A DNA stretch of 62,189 bases, filler included, from Aduncisulcus paluster (lineage: Eukaryota), in the NCBI GenBank assembly GCA_024181965.1. It is 8 parts of 8 records of this genome, joined end to end, with 100 filler letters (N's around TTAATTAATTAA, not from the genome) between each part and the next. Parts side by side here need not be neighbours in the genome. Positions count along the whole stretch, not along the records: positions 43,156 to 48,592 come from BQXS01011081.1; positions 48,693 to 54,599 come from BQXS01011082.1; positions 54,700 to 62,189 come from BQXS01011085.1; 5 more parts are not named here. One strand, given 5' to 3'. The position numbers were made by a program, and so were the translations under genes. Under the pieces are notes generated by a model. It was given only the letters and a program-made list of their open reading frames with translations. It was not told the origin of the DNA and searched no databases. This document shows, piece after piece, positions 46,144 to 58,283 of the stretch (position 1 is its first letter; each line of letters begins with the position of its first letter).

Positions 46144-46653
46144 TCATCAAATGATAATTTTAAAGATTAATGAATAAAAATAACCGATAAAAATTTATTA
46201 TTATCGTTTAGATAGAATCATCATGAAGTCATTCATGAGAAAAAAAAAAAGAGAGAAAAAATGAAAATTAAAGAAATCTTATCACATTCTATGAATAATA
46301 ATAAGGATCTTATGCTCCAATACCACATTCAACTTGCCTAAATCATGAGATATAAAAGGAAAAAAAAAAAAAAAAAAATTCCCAAACCAAAACGGTGATT
46401 CATACTTAAGGTATTCGCAAGGGGAAGATAAATAAAAAACAAAATTCACAATAATACCATGCAGATTTTTGTCATGATAGTTGCTCAGATATTCGCAATA
46501 AAAAAAGGGAAGTGACAAAGGCAACAAATGAAATGTGAAAACAAAGAAAAGTATAAATAATTGTATCAAAATAAAAATAAAAATAAAAATAAAAATTATT
46601 TCAAAACCAGTATTGAAGATCCATAAAATTTATAGTGCAGTATATGTACTATT

Positions 46654-48592
46654 CTATTCATCCGCTATTGATGGCTCAGTTCTTGAACTTCTTGATCCCC
46701 TTCTTTTCTTTTGCTTTCGAGATCCAATTTTCATTAGTTTCTTGGTAACAACCCGATGTTTTTTCGAAGATCTTCGGACATGAGGTTCCGCGCCATCCTG
46801 ATGGGCCCCATCAATGCCAAGCCCAAGAAGATGAGAAGGAGAATCTTCTACTTTCACGAACTCACTCCCAGCCATCTTTGAAGTATCCTCAACACACACC
46901 ATAGAGATGGGAGGTTGAACAAATTGTCCACCATGCAACACCGCACGTGGATTGTATTGGCGATCTCCACGGTCATGTTGTGGAGAGATTTCATCTCCTG
47001 GAAGCACAATTTGCACTCTTTTCCCGCCTCTATTCGTACGACCACTCTGTTGTTGTTCTTTGAAAGGAGATGAAAAGGAAGTGGCCCTCTCTCTCTTTTC
47101 TATTCTTGCCTTTTCTTTTCCTCGTTCACTTTGACTAAGAATCTTGGCAGCACCGAATACGACAGTAGACACAGTATCTGACGAGGAAAGGCCATTTCCA
47201 ACGGAAGAAGAAGACAATCGTCTTCTTGAGGAAGAAAATGACGACCTTCTTGGCGAACCTCCTCTCGGAGAAGATTCCTTCCTTGACAAACGAACCATTG
47301 AATATATCTCAGTCGAATAAGGAGGTGATGCTGGCGATGAACTAATTCCAGAGTGAGGAAAGTTTGGACTGCTATACTGAGGAGAAACAGACATGGAATA
47401 ACTACCGACCATGGGGAAAGCTGTGGAGTTGTGGACAAAGGAATTTCTTCGAGAGACGTGGAAGGAAGATCTTCGAGAAGCTTTGGAGGAAATAGAAATA
47501 CTAACATCGCGGCTTCGAAACTTCCGAGATTTTTGCAGCTTTTCAAGCACATTCTTGAACATCCACTGACGAAATCGAGGTGAGAATATGCAAAAGAACG
47601 TGAATAAACCCACAAGTAAGATTGATAGCCCTACAAGAGCCCATCGCAGAGGAGATCTTTTTCTTTCGAATGTTACACATATCGGAAGACTATTAAGACC
47701 CTCGATAGCAACTATTATCGGCACTGACACCTTTCTGAATACATTTGAGGAATTGATTGTTCCCAGATTAGTATTAATTGTGCATAAATGTGAATTAATA
47801 GACTCACAAATATCAGTGTGATCGCCTTCTGAAATGGAAACAAAGGTTGTTGAGTCATCAACCGCTAGTTCTTCCTCATTGTATTGTCCAATAGATGATG
47901 ACGTTGAGACTGAAGTAAAAGGATCGATAAAAAGGGAAGTAATGTCAATCTCAGAAGAATCACTGTCACTATCGTATTCTAATAATACCAATTCTGTTCC
48001 ATTCTTCCTGGTGTACTGGAAATTACCAACTGGAAGAGCCTTTTTCTTAAACACACAGATATCCACGTCAACATTCTTTGTAAATTGGTAGAACTCTTCA
48101 AAGAAAGAGAAAGTAACGGAATCACACCCACTAAATTCATCATTAGGTTCGTATTTAAACCGAATAATGGATGAATCATCATCTGAAATTGAAGAAACAG
48201 TCCCATAGTTGGGTTCTGATATATCGGATATCACGATAGAGTTCTCACTGGACACAAAAGAGAGAGGGTAGAGAAGCAAAGATTCATCCAGATCGATGGA
48301 ATATGAAGGGTACTCGATTTGAACAATGGGTTCAATCACTCGAAGGGTAATAGGAAACACTGAAACATTGCCAATGAGACACACAGAGAAGTCAATAGCA
48401 GAGGGAGAGTACATTGAAATGGATCGCAAGCACGATTCAATATGATTGACATTGCCAGAGAGAAGATGAGTGGAGTCCGAGGGGGAGCAATCAGATGGGA
48501 AGGTAAAGTATTCAAGGAACTCATCCTCATCGATCAAATACTCCAAAGCTGCATCATCACATGCAGAAATTCCGAGATTTTCAGCATCGCTG
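46654..48592 (-). CDS. Single-pass membrane protein with an acidic beta-rich ectodomain (Ig/cadherin-like) and a Ser/Arg-rich cytoplasmic tail; 5'-truncated
   Basis: TM segment WALVGLSILLVGLFTFFCIF followed by basic residues. EPNYGTVS...FKYEPNDEFSGCDSVTF resembles the bacterial Ig-like (Big_9/tandem-95) motif. Confidence 0.75.
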
Positions 48593-48692
48593 NNNNNNNN
48601 NNNNNNNNNNNNNNNNNNNNNNNNNNNNNNNNNNNNTTAATTAATTAANNNNNNNNNNNNNNNNNNNNNNNNNNNNNNNNNNNNNNNNNNNN

Positions 48693-48990
48693 CCTGGATC
48701 TTCTCAGCGCTGGCTCCACTGAAACGTTGAGCCTCAGCACCGTGGGAGAAGGCGATGAAAGTGGGCATAGCTGTGATCTTAAGGTAACCAGTGAGGGAAG
48801 GGTTAGCATCAACATCAATCTGGATGAACTTAACGGCAGCGTTGGCGGGGTCTTCAGCCATAGCGTGGTATCTGGGAGAGATGAACTTGCAAGGACCACA
48901 CCATTCGGCGAAGCAGTCGATAATAACTTTAGGGTTCTTAGAAACGAAGTCCTTGAATTCGGGGAGAGTTTTGATGGTAGTAACGGTCAT
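48693..48990 (-). CDS. TRX: Thioredoxin; last few codons cut by the contig end
   Basis: VIIDCFAEWCGPCKFISP, IDVD, AMPTF, FSGA. Confidence 0.97.
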
Positions 48991-50016
48991 TATTATTTAG
49001 GATACGGCGATGTTCAGAAAAAAAAAGATATGTCATTGTTTTGTCGCGATGTCTATTTTGGGTTCAGATGAACATGAACAACAGTCCACAACCACACATC
49101 ACAAGAAATCAATTTTTTTGGATGGAAATATTGATGCTCTTTTTTAAGTTATAAATGGACAATGAACACCGAATCAAGCCCATACATCGTCGGATAGAAA
49201 ATTGATGATCTGTGAGGGTGAAATCAACCAGACCACAAAAATGATGTTAAAATGATATGGGAGATATCCACATGAACAGACGTGGCCAAGAATGGGGATT
49301 TGAAGGGGTTATACTGTCATTCTTGCTTGTTCTCGAACCTGAAGACGATCTATAACACATCTTTTTGTTATGTTGACGAAATTGTGTTTCTATGTGAATT
49401 CTGGACGAGTTGGAGGATATATGGACGGGATTATCGAGTATAAAAACATATTATTGATTCGATTAATTTTATTAATTGCGATATTACTACAATATTGATT
49501 GAGATTGAGACAATTGATTATTGTGACATAGTTTCCTGCATTAAAGAGCCGTGGATTGGGAAAAGAACTCATGAAATTGTGATTATAAAATCGATTGTGG
49601 ATTTATTCCCGCGTGTAGCTTTATACATAAAATGAAGTAGAAGATGGCGAGGCCATAAGAGTCCTTCTTCTCTATCTTAAAGATCAACATCAGTGTTAGA
49701 GGAAGGTGCAACAAAACTAAATTTCATTTTATCTTATGGTGTCAACAAACAAAAAAGAAAAGTAAATATGATATGAACCAGTCGAAAACGCTTCTTCAGC
49801 CCGGAATTTTATTGGAAGGCTCTTATAGCCCTGTTCTTGACCTTGATCAATGAGCGTTTATTTCACCCGGTGTTGTTGCCTTTCGAGGCGGTAATATGGG
49901 ACAACATTGTGTTCACATTGTGTCCAACAATATAGTACAGTAGTCTATAGTGTATAATCTGTACTATATCATCAAAATCCATCAATTATTAATATTATTC
50001 TCTAATAATCAATTTC

Positions 50017-50560
50017 TTACCATCCACGGAAATGTTTGATGGCCATTTCTTCATAGTCTAACTCTGCTCTCGCCCTCTCTTTCCGAAGCCTCTTCTCTCG
50101 CCCGGCATCTCTAATGTCTCGAATATCATCCTTGAGGAAATCTTTGGCATCTTCTTTCAATTGTTCAAGCTCCTCTTGCTCTTTGGCCTCTTCGGCCAAT
50201 TCGGCCTCGATATACCAATGATTGTCGCAGCGAGGGCAAAACCCATCTGAATCGGGATCGAAATCCTCGGTATCTATACGGAAAACTTTCTTGCACTTCT
50301 TGCAAGCCAGAACAAGCTCTGGTCTCTGGGGAATGGGATGATCAGAAACTTCTCTGTGGCATTCACCACAGTCAAACCATTGCTTACAACAGGCTGCACA
50401 AAAAAATACGTACAGAAAAATAAATAAAAATTAATTGTTTTCTCTGTAAATACTATACAAAGCAATGATGAAAAATTGGAGAAAAGATCCATTTCAATTG
50501 GAAAAAGAAAAACATACGTGCATAAATTTGAACTTGTGCATTGAGAACGTGCTTGCACAT
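50017..50560 (-). CDS. CHY-type zinc-finger protein, two exons (50560-50518 + 50393-50017), 139 aa
   Basis: A 124-nt intron at 50517-50394 (GTATGT...TGCAG) gives MCKHVLNAQVQIYAPCCKQWFDCGECHREVSDH...LACKKCKKVF...FCPRCDNHW, the CHY zinc-finger Cys/His spacing. Confidence 0.92.
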
Positions 50561-50781
50561 TATAATATGTTGTAATATGAGACAAAACAACAGTTGTGAA
50601 ACAAATCCTGTCTTCATCCTTTTGTATTTTTTTATGACAAATAATATTAGATGTATTGATCTTAACAATACATTGTAAATAAATTTACCCCAATAAAATT
50701 CTGTAAATACTCTTCATTCACCTCCCATTGACAGTTCTAATTCTCCCATGAAAATCATGCTTTTGTGAAGCCAATGATTTT

Positions 50782-51756
50782 ATGGATAAACCACCTAAGC
50801 CTTTTTTAAAGATAAATAAGAAATGTCTTTTTAAATTAAATATTATTTCTGGAGATTTTCCACTCTTTGTTATCTTTCCAAAAGGAAAAGCTGTTCAATC
50901 ACTTGGACAACAATTTACAAGATTGATGGTGTCTACCTTGTGTTTCCCGTTACATATAGTGACATGCAAAGTGTTACATCCTCTTGAAGCAGCTTATGCC
51001 ATCTATGTTGGTGATAGGATAGTTGGATCTGTTGACGATTTGGCCCTGTTTGAGCATGAAATGCATGATCCAACCTCCCCAACAAAAGAAATCCCATTTA
51101 TTGGCGATATATCTTTCCATTCTAAATATTCTTGTGATATTACAAAGTCTTCTGCAATTACATCTATTTTAATGTCTTCTCGATTTTATTCCACTAAATT
51201 CCTCCCATATCACGTTGATTCTTATATGCCATCTATTTTCTATGCTTATCTTTCATTGAAACTTGAATCATATGCCATCGATCTCATTGATTCCGATCGT
51301 GTTTGTGCCTATTTTCATTTTGCTCAATTACCATCTTTGTTGGATTCAAAACATCAAGACAAAGAACCAATTAAAAATAATCAATATGTTTCTTATGGGA
51401 AATGGATTGTAAAACGATTAAAGTCCTCCAAAGTTGTAAATGTTATAATCCAACCAGAGATCCCCTTCATAAAGAAAGACCCCTCTTCCAAGACCCAAAG
51501 TACACCAATGTCCATCATTCCATGTTTGTTTTCTATTTTTGAAGAGGGTGAACTGGATAAAGAGATTGTCCCAGAACATTCTTCTCCCATATTAACGAGG
51601 AAGTCTGAAGAATCTCATCCATTTTCCACCATATGTCTTATCTCTGAGGGAGGATATTCCTTTGTTGATTTTCGAGATGTATCTTCACTAGATGATGTTA
51701 GATCTTCAATTGTGTATAAATCTAAGAAGAGATCACAACTTTCGATAAAGAAATAA
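50782..51756 (+). CDS. Hypothetical 324-aa protein; the N-terminal part weakly resembles a glutaredoxin fold lacking CxxC
   Basis: ATG-initiated ORF. FVIFPKG...IYVGDRIVGSVDDL recalls the Grx pattern VVIFSK...IFIxGxxIGGxDDL. The fold call is weak. Confidence 0.6.
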   Translation: MDKPPKPFLKINKKCLFKLNIISGDFPLFVIFPKGKAVQSLGQQFTRLMVSTLCFPLHIVTCKVLHPLEAAYAIYVGDRIVGSVDDLALFEHEMHDPTSPTKEIPFIGDISFHSKYSCDITKSSAITSILMSSRFYSTKFLPYHVDSYMPSIFYAYLSLKLESYAIDLIDSDRVCAYFHFAQLPSLLDSKHQDKEPIKNNQYVSYGKWIVKRLKSSKVVNVIIQPEIPFIKKDPSSKTQSTPMSIIPCLFSIFEEGELDKEIVPEHSSPILTRKSEESHPFSTICLISEGGYSFVDFRDVSSLDDVRSSIVYKSKKRSQLSIKK

Positions 51757-52247
51757 CCAATCATCGTCAAAAATAAATTTTTTTTTTTATCATGTTTGAG
51801 TTTTTGGTGTAGATCGTGAAACCGGTTCCCGGCGAGAGTTTCAACGCCGTGTTCACAAGGCTCGTGCGGCACGATTTGATTTCGAAACTTTCGAAGGTTG
51901 AACCTTTGGCCTGATAAGACACCATTAAAATATTACTAATTTGATTCATTATAAGTTTATATCCAAATAACACCAAAATTATTCTGATATACCGATTCCA
52001 AGCCTCCATCATCACAAATTTAATTTTCCGTTTCCCCTTTGAATTGATGTAACGCTTTTATTTTCCAACCACGAGACTTTTCCCATTAATTTATCATTTT
52101 TCATGGAATCTTGTTGCAATTTTTGTGTATTTTGTTATATCTTTTCTCTATAAGTTTGACAAGGAGATTCGATAAAAAAATATGACATTCTCTCTCTTGA
52201 ATCAACGGAAGATCAAGGTAAAATAATTATTTCTAAAAACCTTGGTC

Positions 52248-54599
52248 ATGTCCAAAAATATATACTTTTCGGAATCAGAAGAATCTGAAATTGAAAGTGA
52301 GAAAGAGGGTAAAGCTATATCCCAACCAGAGAAGCCCAAAGAAGTATCAATTTCCGAAGGAAAGGGAATAGGCACAAATTCAACGAAAGAAACTCAAATT
52401 CATGATTTCGAAGCATCTTTTGATCAATATGAAGAGGGAGATTTAGGTATAGTTTCTCCCGACATAGATATAGATGCTCTTCTTGCAGAAGAGGAGAAAA
52501 TATCACCACTAGAAGTTCCAAAAGAAGAAAAAGAAGAAGAAGAAGAGCCTGTCATTGAAGAATATGCAGATCTCCCTCCACTCTACTCCTATAAAAAAGA
52601 AGAGGAAGAGGAGGAAGAAAAATCTCCACTTCATGGCGAAGAATTATCAGAAAAGAAAATGTTTGACCAATTGATGGAACATATTTCAAAATCAGATGAA
52701 GATCAGATTCTTCGAGGTGATTTTTCAGAAGAAGAGGAAGAAATAAGTCCTGGTGCAAGCGCTCATACTCCACAGCCTCAATTTCCATTTGGCGCAGAAA
52801 GTCCTTCAGAACCAGCTGAAATAGCATCCCCAAAGATGGAAGAATCCGATGACATCGAGATATCAAGATTCCTGAAGTCTCCAGTGTTTGATCTTGATAT
52901 TGAAGAAGAACAGGAAGAGGAAGATCATTTTCAGAGGATGAAAACAGAATTTGACCATGTCGATTATCTCATTCAATTATTCGAGGAGAAGGAACAAGAA
53001 GAGGAGGCAAAATTCGCTCCGCCCAAAGATATTACTCAGAAACCTCTTGGTCGAGAGTCTATCTCAGAGTCAATGCTAGAATCACAAGAGATGAAGGACC
53101 AATGGAAAGAATGGAGATCGTGGGAAGGATGGGAGAAATGGAAAGGGAAGAAAAAGGCAAAGCCAAATAGAAGGACACGTTGCAAACGTAAAATTAGAAT
53201 CCTAGAAAAAAGATTAGATTCCTTAAATGAACTTCTTCATGAAGATTCAAGTAGTTTACTTTCTAGCATAAAAATTGGTGAAATTCAACAAGAAATTTAT
53301 CAAATTACTCAAGAACTTAACATTCTACGCAAGAAAAAATTTAAAAAAAGGAGAGGGAAGTCTCAAAATCATCTTCATTGTGACTTTCACCGCATTCTAC
53401 CCATCCCCACTCGCACATCTACCACCTCCCCTACTCTCTTTGATTCGCTCAAACAGCCAGAAATATCTCCAACCGATCTATTTTTAGAAGCTGGAGAACT
53501 TGCTGCCTCAAATTATCGGTATTTTCACAGTGTTGGCAAACGATTATTCGATGGAACCCCTTCACACGAGCGTTATGTATGGGAACGAACGTTTTGGAAT
53601 CCGAATCCGCTTGACTTGATCCCAAAGATTCCTCAAATGTCCCTATTCCCAGCTTCATATTACCCTCTTCGTCTTCTATTACAGCAAAGAAACAATCCAA
53701 AGAGTTTATACATTGATGACACTGGATCATCCTCTACATCGGTATACTCTGCTTCAAATACAACCAAATCCAAGAAATCTACAATTCCTCGCCCACGGGA
53801 TAACCTTGCATTCTCTCTTGATAAAATACAACTTCAGCATTCGTGTTCATTTCCATACCATCTCTGGCTCAATGATACGAATCCAAGACCCTCAGAAAAA
53901 AAGAAAGAGTATTCATCTCGAGATCCATTTCCTGGTAAAATTCCTTGGAGGAGGTATGGAGTTAATGACCATATTATCCACACAAATAGAATTGGGCAAT
54001 ATTCACTTCAGGTATCCTTCATGAATGATCCTCACATAAAATCACACCACCTTCCATCATCAGTGAGCAAACTCCATCGTAGAAGTTATTTTGGGGAGGA
54101 TGAACGACATTTGACAGATCCCAGGTCCACATGTAGAAGAGAAAATGGAAGAAGAATAGAAGAAGAGAGAATGCGGAAGATAAATCGAAGAGGAAAATGG
54201 GAGATTAAGCTATCACGCGAAGAATTGGACAAATTGGTAGAATCACATCCAACGGAATCTGCATCAAAGCCACAATCCTTGGATCAAAAACACGATGAAA
54301 GTTCAATTAATACCTCAGAAGATCATGATATTGATGAAATGGTTGAATCCATTGACGATAAAATTACTCCTATTTCTACTCCCCCACATGGGCTTTCGAG
54401 TGATCTTCCTCAGTTTGATACTTCTGAAGAAAGAGAAGATGAGGGTGAAACAATGCAAAAAGACGAGAATATGAAAGATATAGAAGATGAATTAAGACCC
54501 AAAACTTCAGAAGGAATATCTAACGATGATGAAGTAGAAACATTGGAAGATAAACAAATTATTCAATCACCAAAACATTCCACATATTGCACTCCTAGA
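52248..54599 (+). CDS. Acidic, largely disordered hypothetical protein with a short coiled coil; 3'-truncated
   Basis: ORF of ~780 codons from ATG 52248, with poly-Glu tracts. No recognised domain. Confidence 0.75.
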
Positions 54600-55390
54600 N
54601 NNNNNNNNNNNNNNNNNNNNNNNNNNNNNNNNNNNNNNNNNNNTTAATTAATTAANNNNNNNNNNNNNNNNNNNNNNNNNNNNNNNNNNNNNNNNNNNNC
54701 TTTTCAAACAAGGAATATCAACATGCGCCACAGTGCTTTCCGAAGAAGACGTAGTACTACTAGTAGTTGCTGGCATTGTATTTTAGCAATAACGTTATTG
54801 TTAGTTTATCTGGGATTTATGTCCGTGAACAAATTTATTAAAATAAAAGCGCAAAATCTCTTTACAATAATTTTTGGATCCCCCAGAAATGGAAGTCAAA
54901 AAAGTATTAATCTCTGCAAGGTGGCGACAATAATTAATTCGAATTATATTAATATAAAAATTAATATAATTATAATCCTAAAATAAAATAATAAAATAAA
55001 CCATTGTAATATCAGTCCTGCTAACAAATCTTTCTTGAATTTCTATTATTTCTGTGATCCGAGAAACTTTTCCAAAAGAAAGTTCACTCGTTACCGGTAA
55101 AACTCATGACATGGGATAAGTTGCCTCAATTCTTGATCACACTTGATCAATTGTTCCATATGATCACAAATACCAAGCCACTGCTTGAGGTAGTCTGTTT
55201 TATGATGACAGGAACTTTTGTTGTTTCATTTCATTTTATTCCGGAATATAGTCACCAATACCAAGTAAATGTCGACTCAACAGATTCTTCACAATGAACA
55301 TTTTGAATACAGATACAATATCAAGGAATCCAAATCACGATCCCCTCCATTATCAACTTGAACAACAAACACACAACCTCAACTCTGCAC

Positions 55391-58016
55391 TTATTTGATG
55401 TAGCGTTCACCTGTTTCTCCTTCATACTCTTCAAGCTGACATTCAATGTACTCCTCGAGAGGCGGACATTCCCACCCTTCTCCAACATCAGGGAGCAAAT
55501 GTTTGATCTTATCGGTCAATGCACGAGCTTCTTGGATCTTCATTCGTTTGAAACGGTCTGGGTTCAAGAGTCCCGCAAATACCTCAAGAAACACTTTATA
55601 CACTTCCTTGTACTTCCCACCATCCAGAGTTTCAAGGTCACGGAATATATCACTATCGAGGAGTTGTGGGAGACATTCTGACTTGGACACAAGATAACTT
55701 AGTCTGGAGCACAATTTCAAGTCAGAATCGTCACTAGCAGGAATTCCAGTGATTGCAGGATGAGACATGAATGGTTGTTCCATCCTTTTGAAGAGAGACC
55801 AGATCGTCAAAATAACTCCCCATGCATCACTGCGTTGGGTATATAACGCATTCTTCAAACTCTCAGGAGCATTGTAACACAGAGTGCCCACAATCGATGG
55901 TTTGTATGAAAATGAAACATGTGCAGAACCTGATTCAGCGTCTTTTGTGGAATGCTCTGATGTGTTGAAGGACGATAGCTGAGACATTGTATCACGAATC
56001 TTCACAAGACCCAAATCTCCGAGAACAACCTTACACTCTCCTTTCGAAGCATCATACCGAACAAGGAAGTTATCAGGTTTAATGTCGCGATGAACAAGTT
56101 GCTCCTTTGCAGTAAACACATCAGAGACACACTCGATGATGGCAACACACAAGGATGCAATCTTCACAGGATCATACACAAGGTCCTCTTCATCATCAAA
56201 AGAAGGGTCACATTTAGAGAGATCAACAGCCCAACTCATCGCAAACTCCATGACATTGCCACCTCGACAGAACTCCATCATGATCCCTAACGTCCCTTTC
56301 TGATCAGAGTCAAGCAGATCAAGAATGTGCAGAGGACGAGGAACACAGCTTTGGATGGCTGGAATAGAATATAGACGATCTTGACGAGCGAATTCTTTCT
56401 TCATGTTCTTCACACATTTGGCATTGTTTGCACTTGTTTCAAGATTCTTCATGCACTTCAGAGCACACAAGGATGAAGGGAACGATGTACCTGGATATTT
56501 AACACGAGTGAGGATGACAACACCAAAGCCTCCTCTCCCAATGATACAAAGAGGAGTGAGACAAGAAGAGGAGGTCAAGGTTTTGGGGAGGGGCATGGGA
56601 GGGTCATGGAAGGGTGTGGGTGAAGGTTGTGGTGAAGGTTGTGGTGACGGTTGTAGTGGAGATTTGGGAACTACAGTTTTGGATGAAAGATCTTGTTCTT
56701 TCTCGGGGAAGAGTGTTGGAGGAGGTTTTGAGGAGGTTTCGACAGGTTTGAGAATTAATTTGGCGGATTCAGGTTGGGAATCAATTGGACCATATTTCTC
56801 AAGTTTCTCAGCAATGACATCCTCAATTTTGGGAGCTTCCCATCCTTTGCCAAAGCTTGGAAGGAGATGTTTGATTGACTGAACCTTCTTACGAGCATTA
56901 TGAATACTCATCCGGTCATAAGGATCAAATTTCGTCAAACCCTCAAATATTTCATTCAAACACTTGAAAACAAACTCATATTTTCCACCATCAATGGTCT
57001 TGAGGGATCTGAAGAGAGGAAATGAAGAGAGCTTAGGTGTACGACCTTCTTCGATGATAAGTTTTATAATACGAAAACCATCAAATATTTCATTCCAGGT
57101 TCGTTCATCCTCGGATTGTTTTACAGAAATCAGAAATTCTCGTAATATTGGATCATTTATCAAAGGATTTTCACCATAAAATAGTGATAAGATAGATATA
57201 CCAACTGCGTATGCATCTGAAGGTCTTTTGTATAAACATCCCAAAAAAGCTTCAGGAGCGTCGTACAAATTTGCAGTCACGATCGCCTCTATCTTTGCAA
57301 AATCATATATAAGAGAAGGTGAACGTATATCTTCCATACCAGGAACATTAAAATCAGTAAGAACAACAAAACATTTGTTAGAATCAGGACAAACTCGAAC
57401 AAGAAAGCTTTCAGGTTTAATTTCTATGAATAAGATAATTCTTATCCTCCTTTGCCAAGAATATATCATCAAGACACTCAATCATCTCAACACAGACAGA
57501 ACTCAATTTAACAGGGTTCATTGTTTTCGGATCGTAGAATGATAAGTGCTTGTGGGATGAACTCTCAGAACTTGAATCAGAGTCAGAAGTAGAAGAACTT
57601 GAGCTTTCTTCTTCCTTATCATCTTCAAAATCCACACAATACTTTCCATCACTACACCAAGACTTTGCAAATTCTACAATATTTCCTCCAACACAGTATT
57701 CTCTGACATAACCACGTTGACCACGGAAAACCTTGTCATCACAAAGATCAACAAAACAGACAGGACGAGGAATTCGTCCAGGTATGACCCTAGAATACAT
57801 TTCCTTGATAAGTTCGAATTCTTCACAAACTAGACTTTGATCATATATAAGCTGTAGAAGATATTGGTCCGAATTGAAGTCAATCTTTTTAAACACACAA
57901 AAATCATCACTTCCTTTAAGTTTAACAAGCTGCCATTCGTAATATATTGTTCTATTGAGAATACATTGACAAGAGATTTCTGAAGAATCTCATATCTCTT
58001 TTCTTTTGGTATCCAT
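55391..58016 (-). pseudogene. Tandem two-kinase-domain gene; first domain disrupted (in-frame TGA and frameshift), second intact
   Basis: ATG 58016 reads MDTKRKEI*DSSEISCQCIL (TGA at 57992-57990). A frameshift at ~57420 falls inside HR(D)IKP. Domain 2 has IGRGGFG, ALK, HRDIKPDNFL, GDLGL, GTLCYNAPE and SDAWG. Confidence 0.8.
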
Positions 58017-58131
58017 AAATTAAAACAAAACTACAGAAATATTCGAGAATTAAAACCACACTAGATGCAAAATCAAATGAGTTTTAAGTAATAATGAATT
58101 ACAAACCGTGTNNNNNNNNNNNNNNNNNNNN

Positions 58132-58283
58132 TAATTCCGAATTTTTTCAGCAGGCCGGAAACGCATCCTTTGTCCTTTGCTGCAAAGGCTACGTTCTTGC
58201 GAACATTAAGATGCGGGAACAGGGTGTATTCCTGAAAAACAAGACCCAGTCCCCGCTGTTGGGGTTTGGCAAAGTTTTGAGTG
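58132..58283 (-). other. 152-bp bacterial-type ABC-transporter ATPase fragment isolated between two N gaps; probable contaminant
   Basis: Translates PQQRGLGLVFQEYTLFPHLNVRKNVAF (Q-loop region of ModC/PotA/FbpC-type ATPases), with higher GC than the flanks. The flanks 57722-58111 and 58304-58693 are duplicates of each other. Confidence 0.85.

Noticed and set aside
48693-51756. Redox gene cluster (thioredoxin, CHY finger, Grx-like ORF)
   Set aside because: The Grx similarity is weak and lacks CxxC, orientations differ, and adjacency in a eukaryotic genome is poor evidence of shared function.
54700-54777. Minus-strand start MPATTSSTTSSSESTVAHVDIPCLK as a retroelement gag
   Set aside because: Only ~25 codons precede the contig end, with no convincing LTR or PBS upstream.
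57990-57992. In-frame TGA as selenocysteine or a reassigned codon
   Set aside because: The same domain also has a frameshift, the position is not a conserved Cys/Trp site, I see no SECIS, and other long ORFs do not need TGA read-through.
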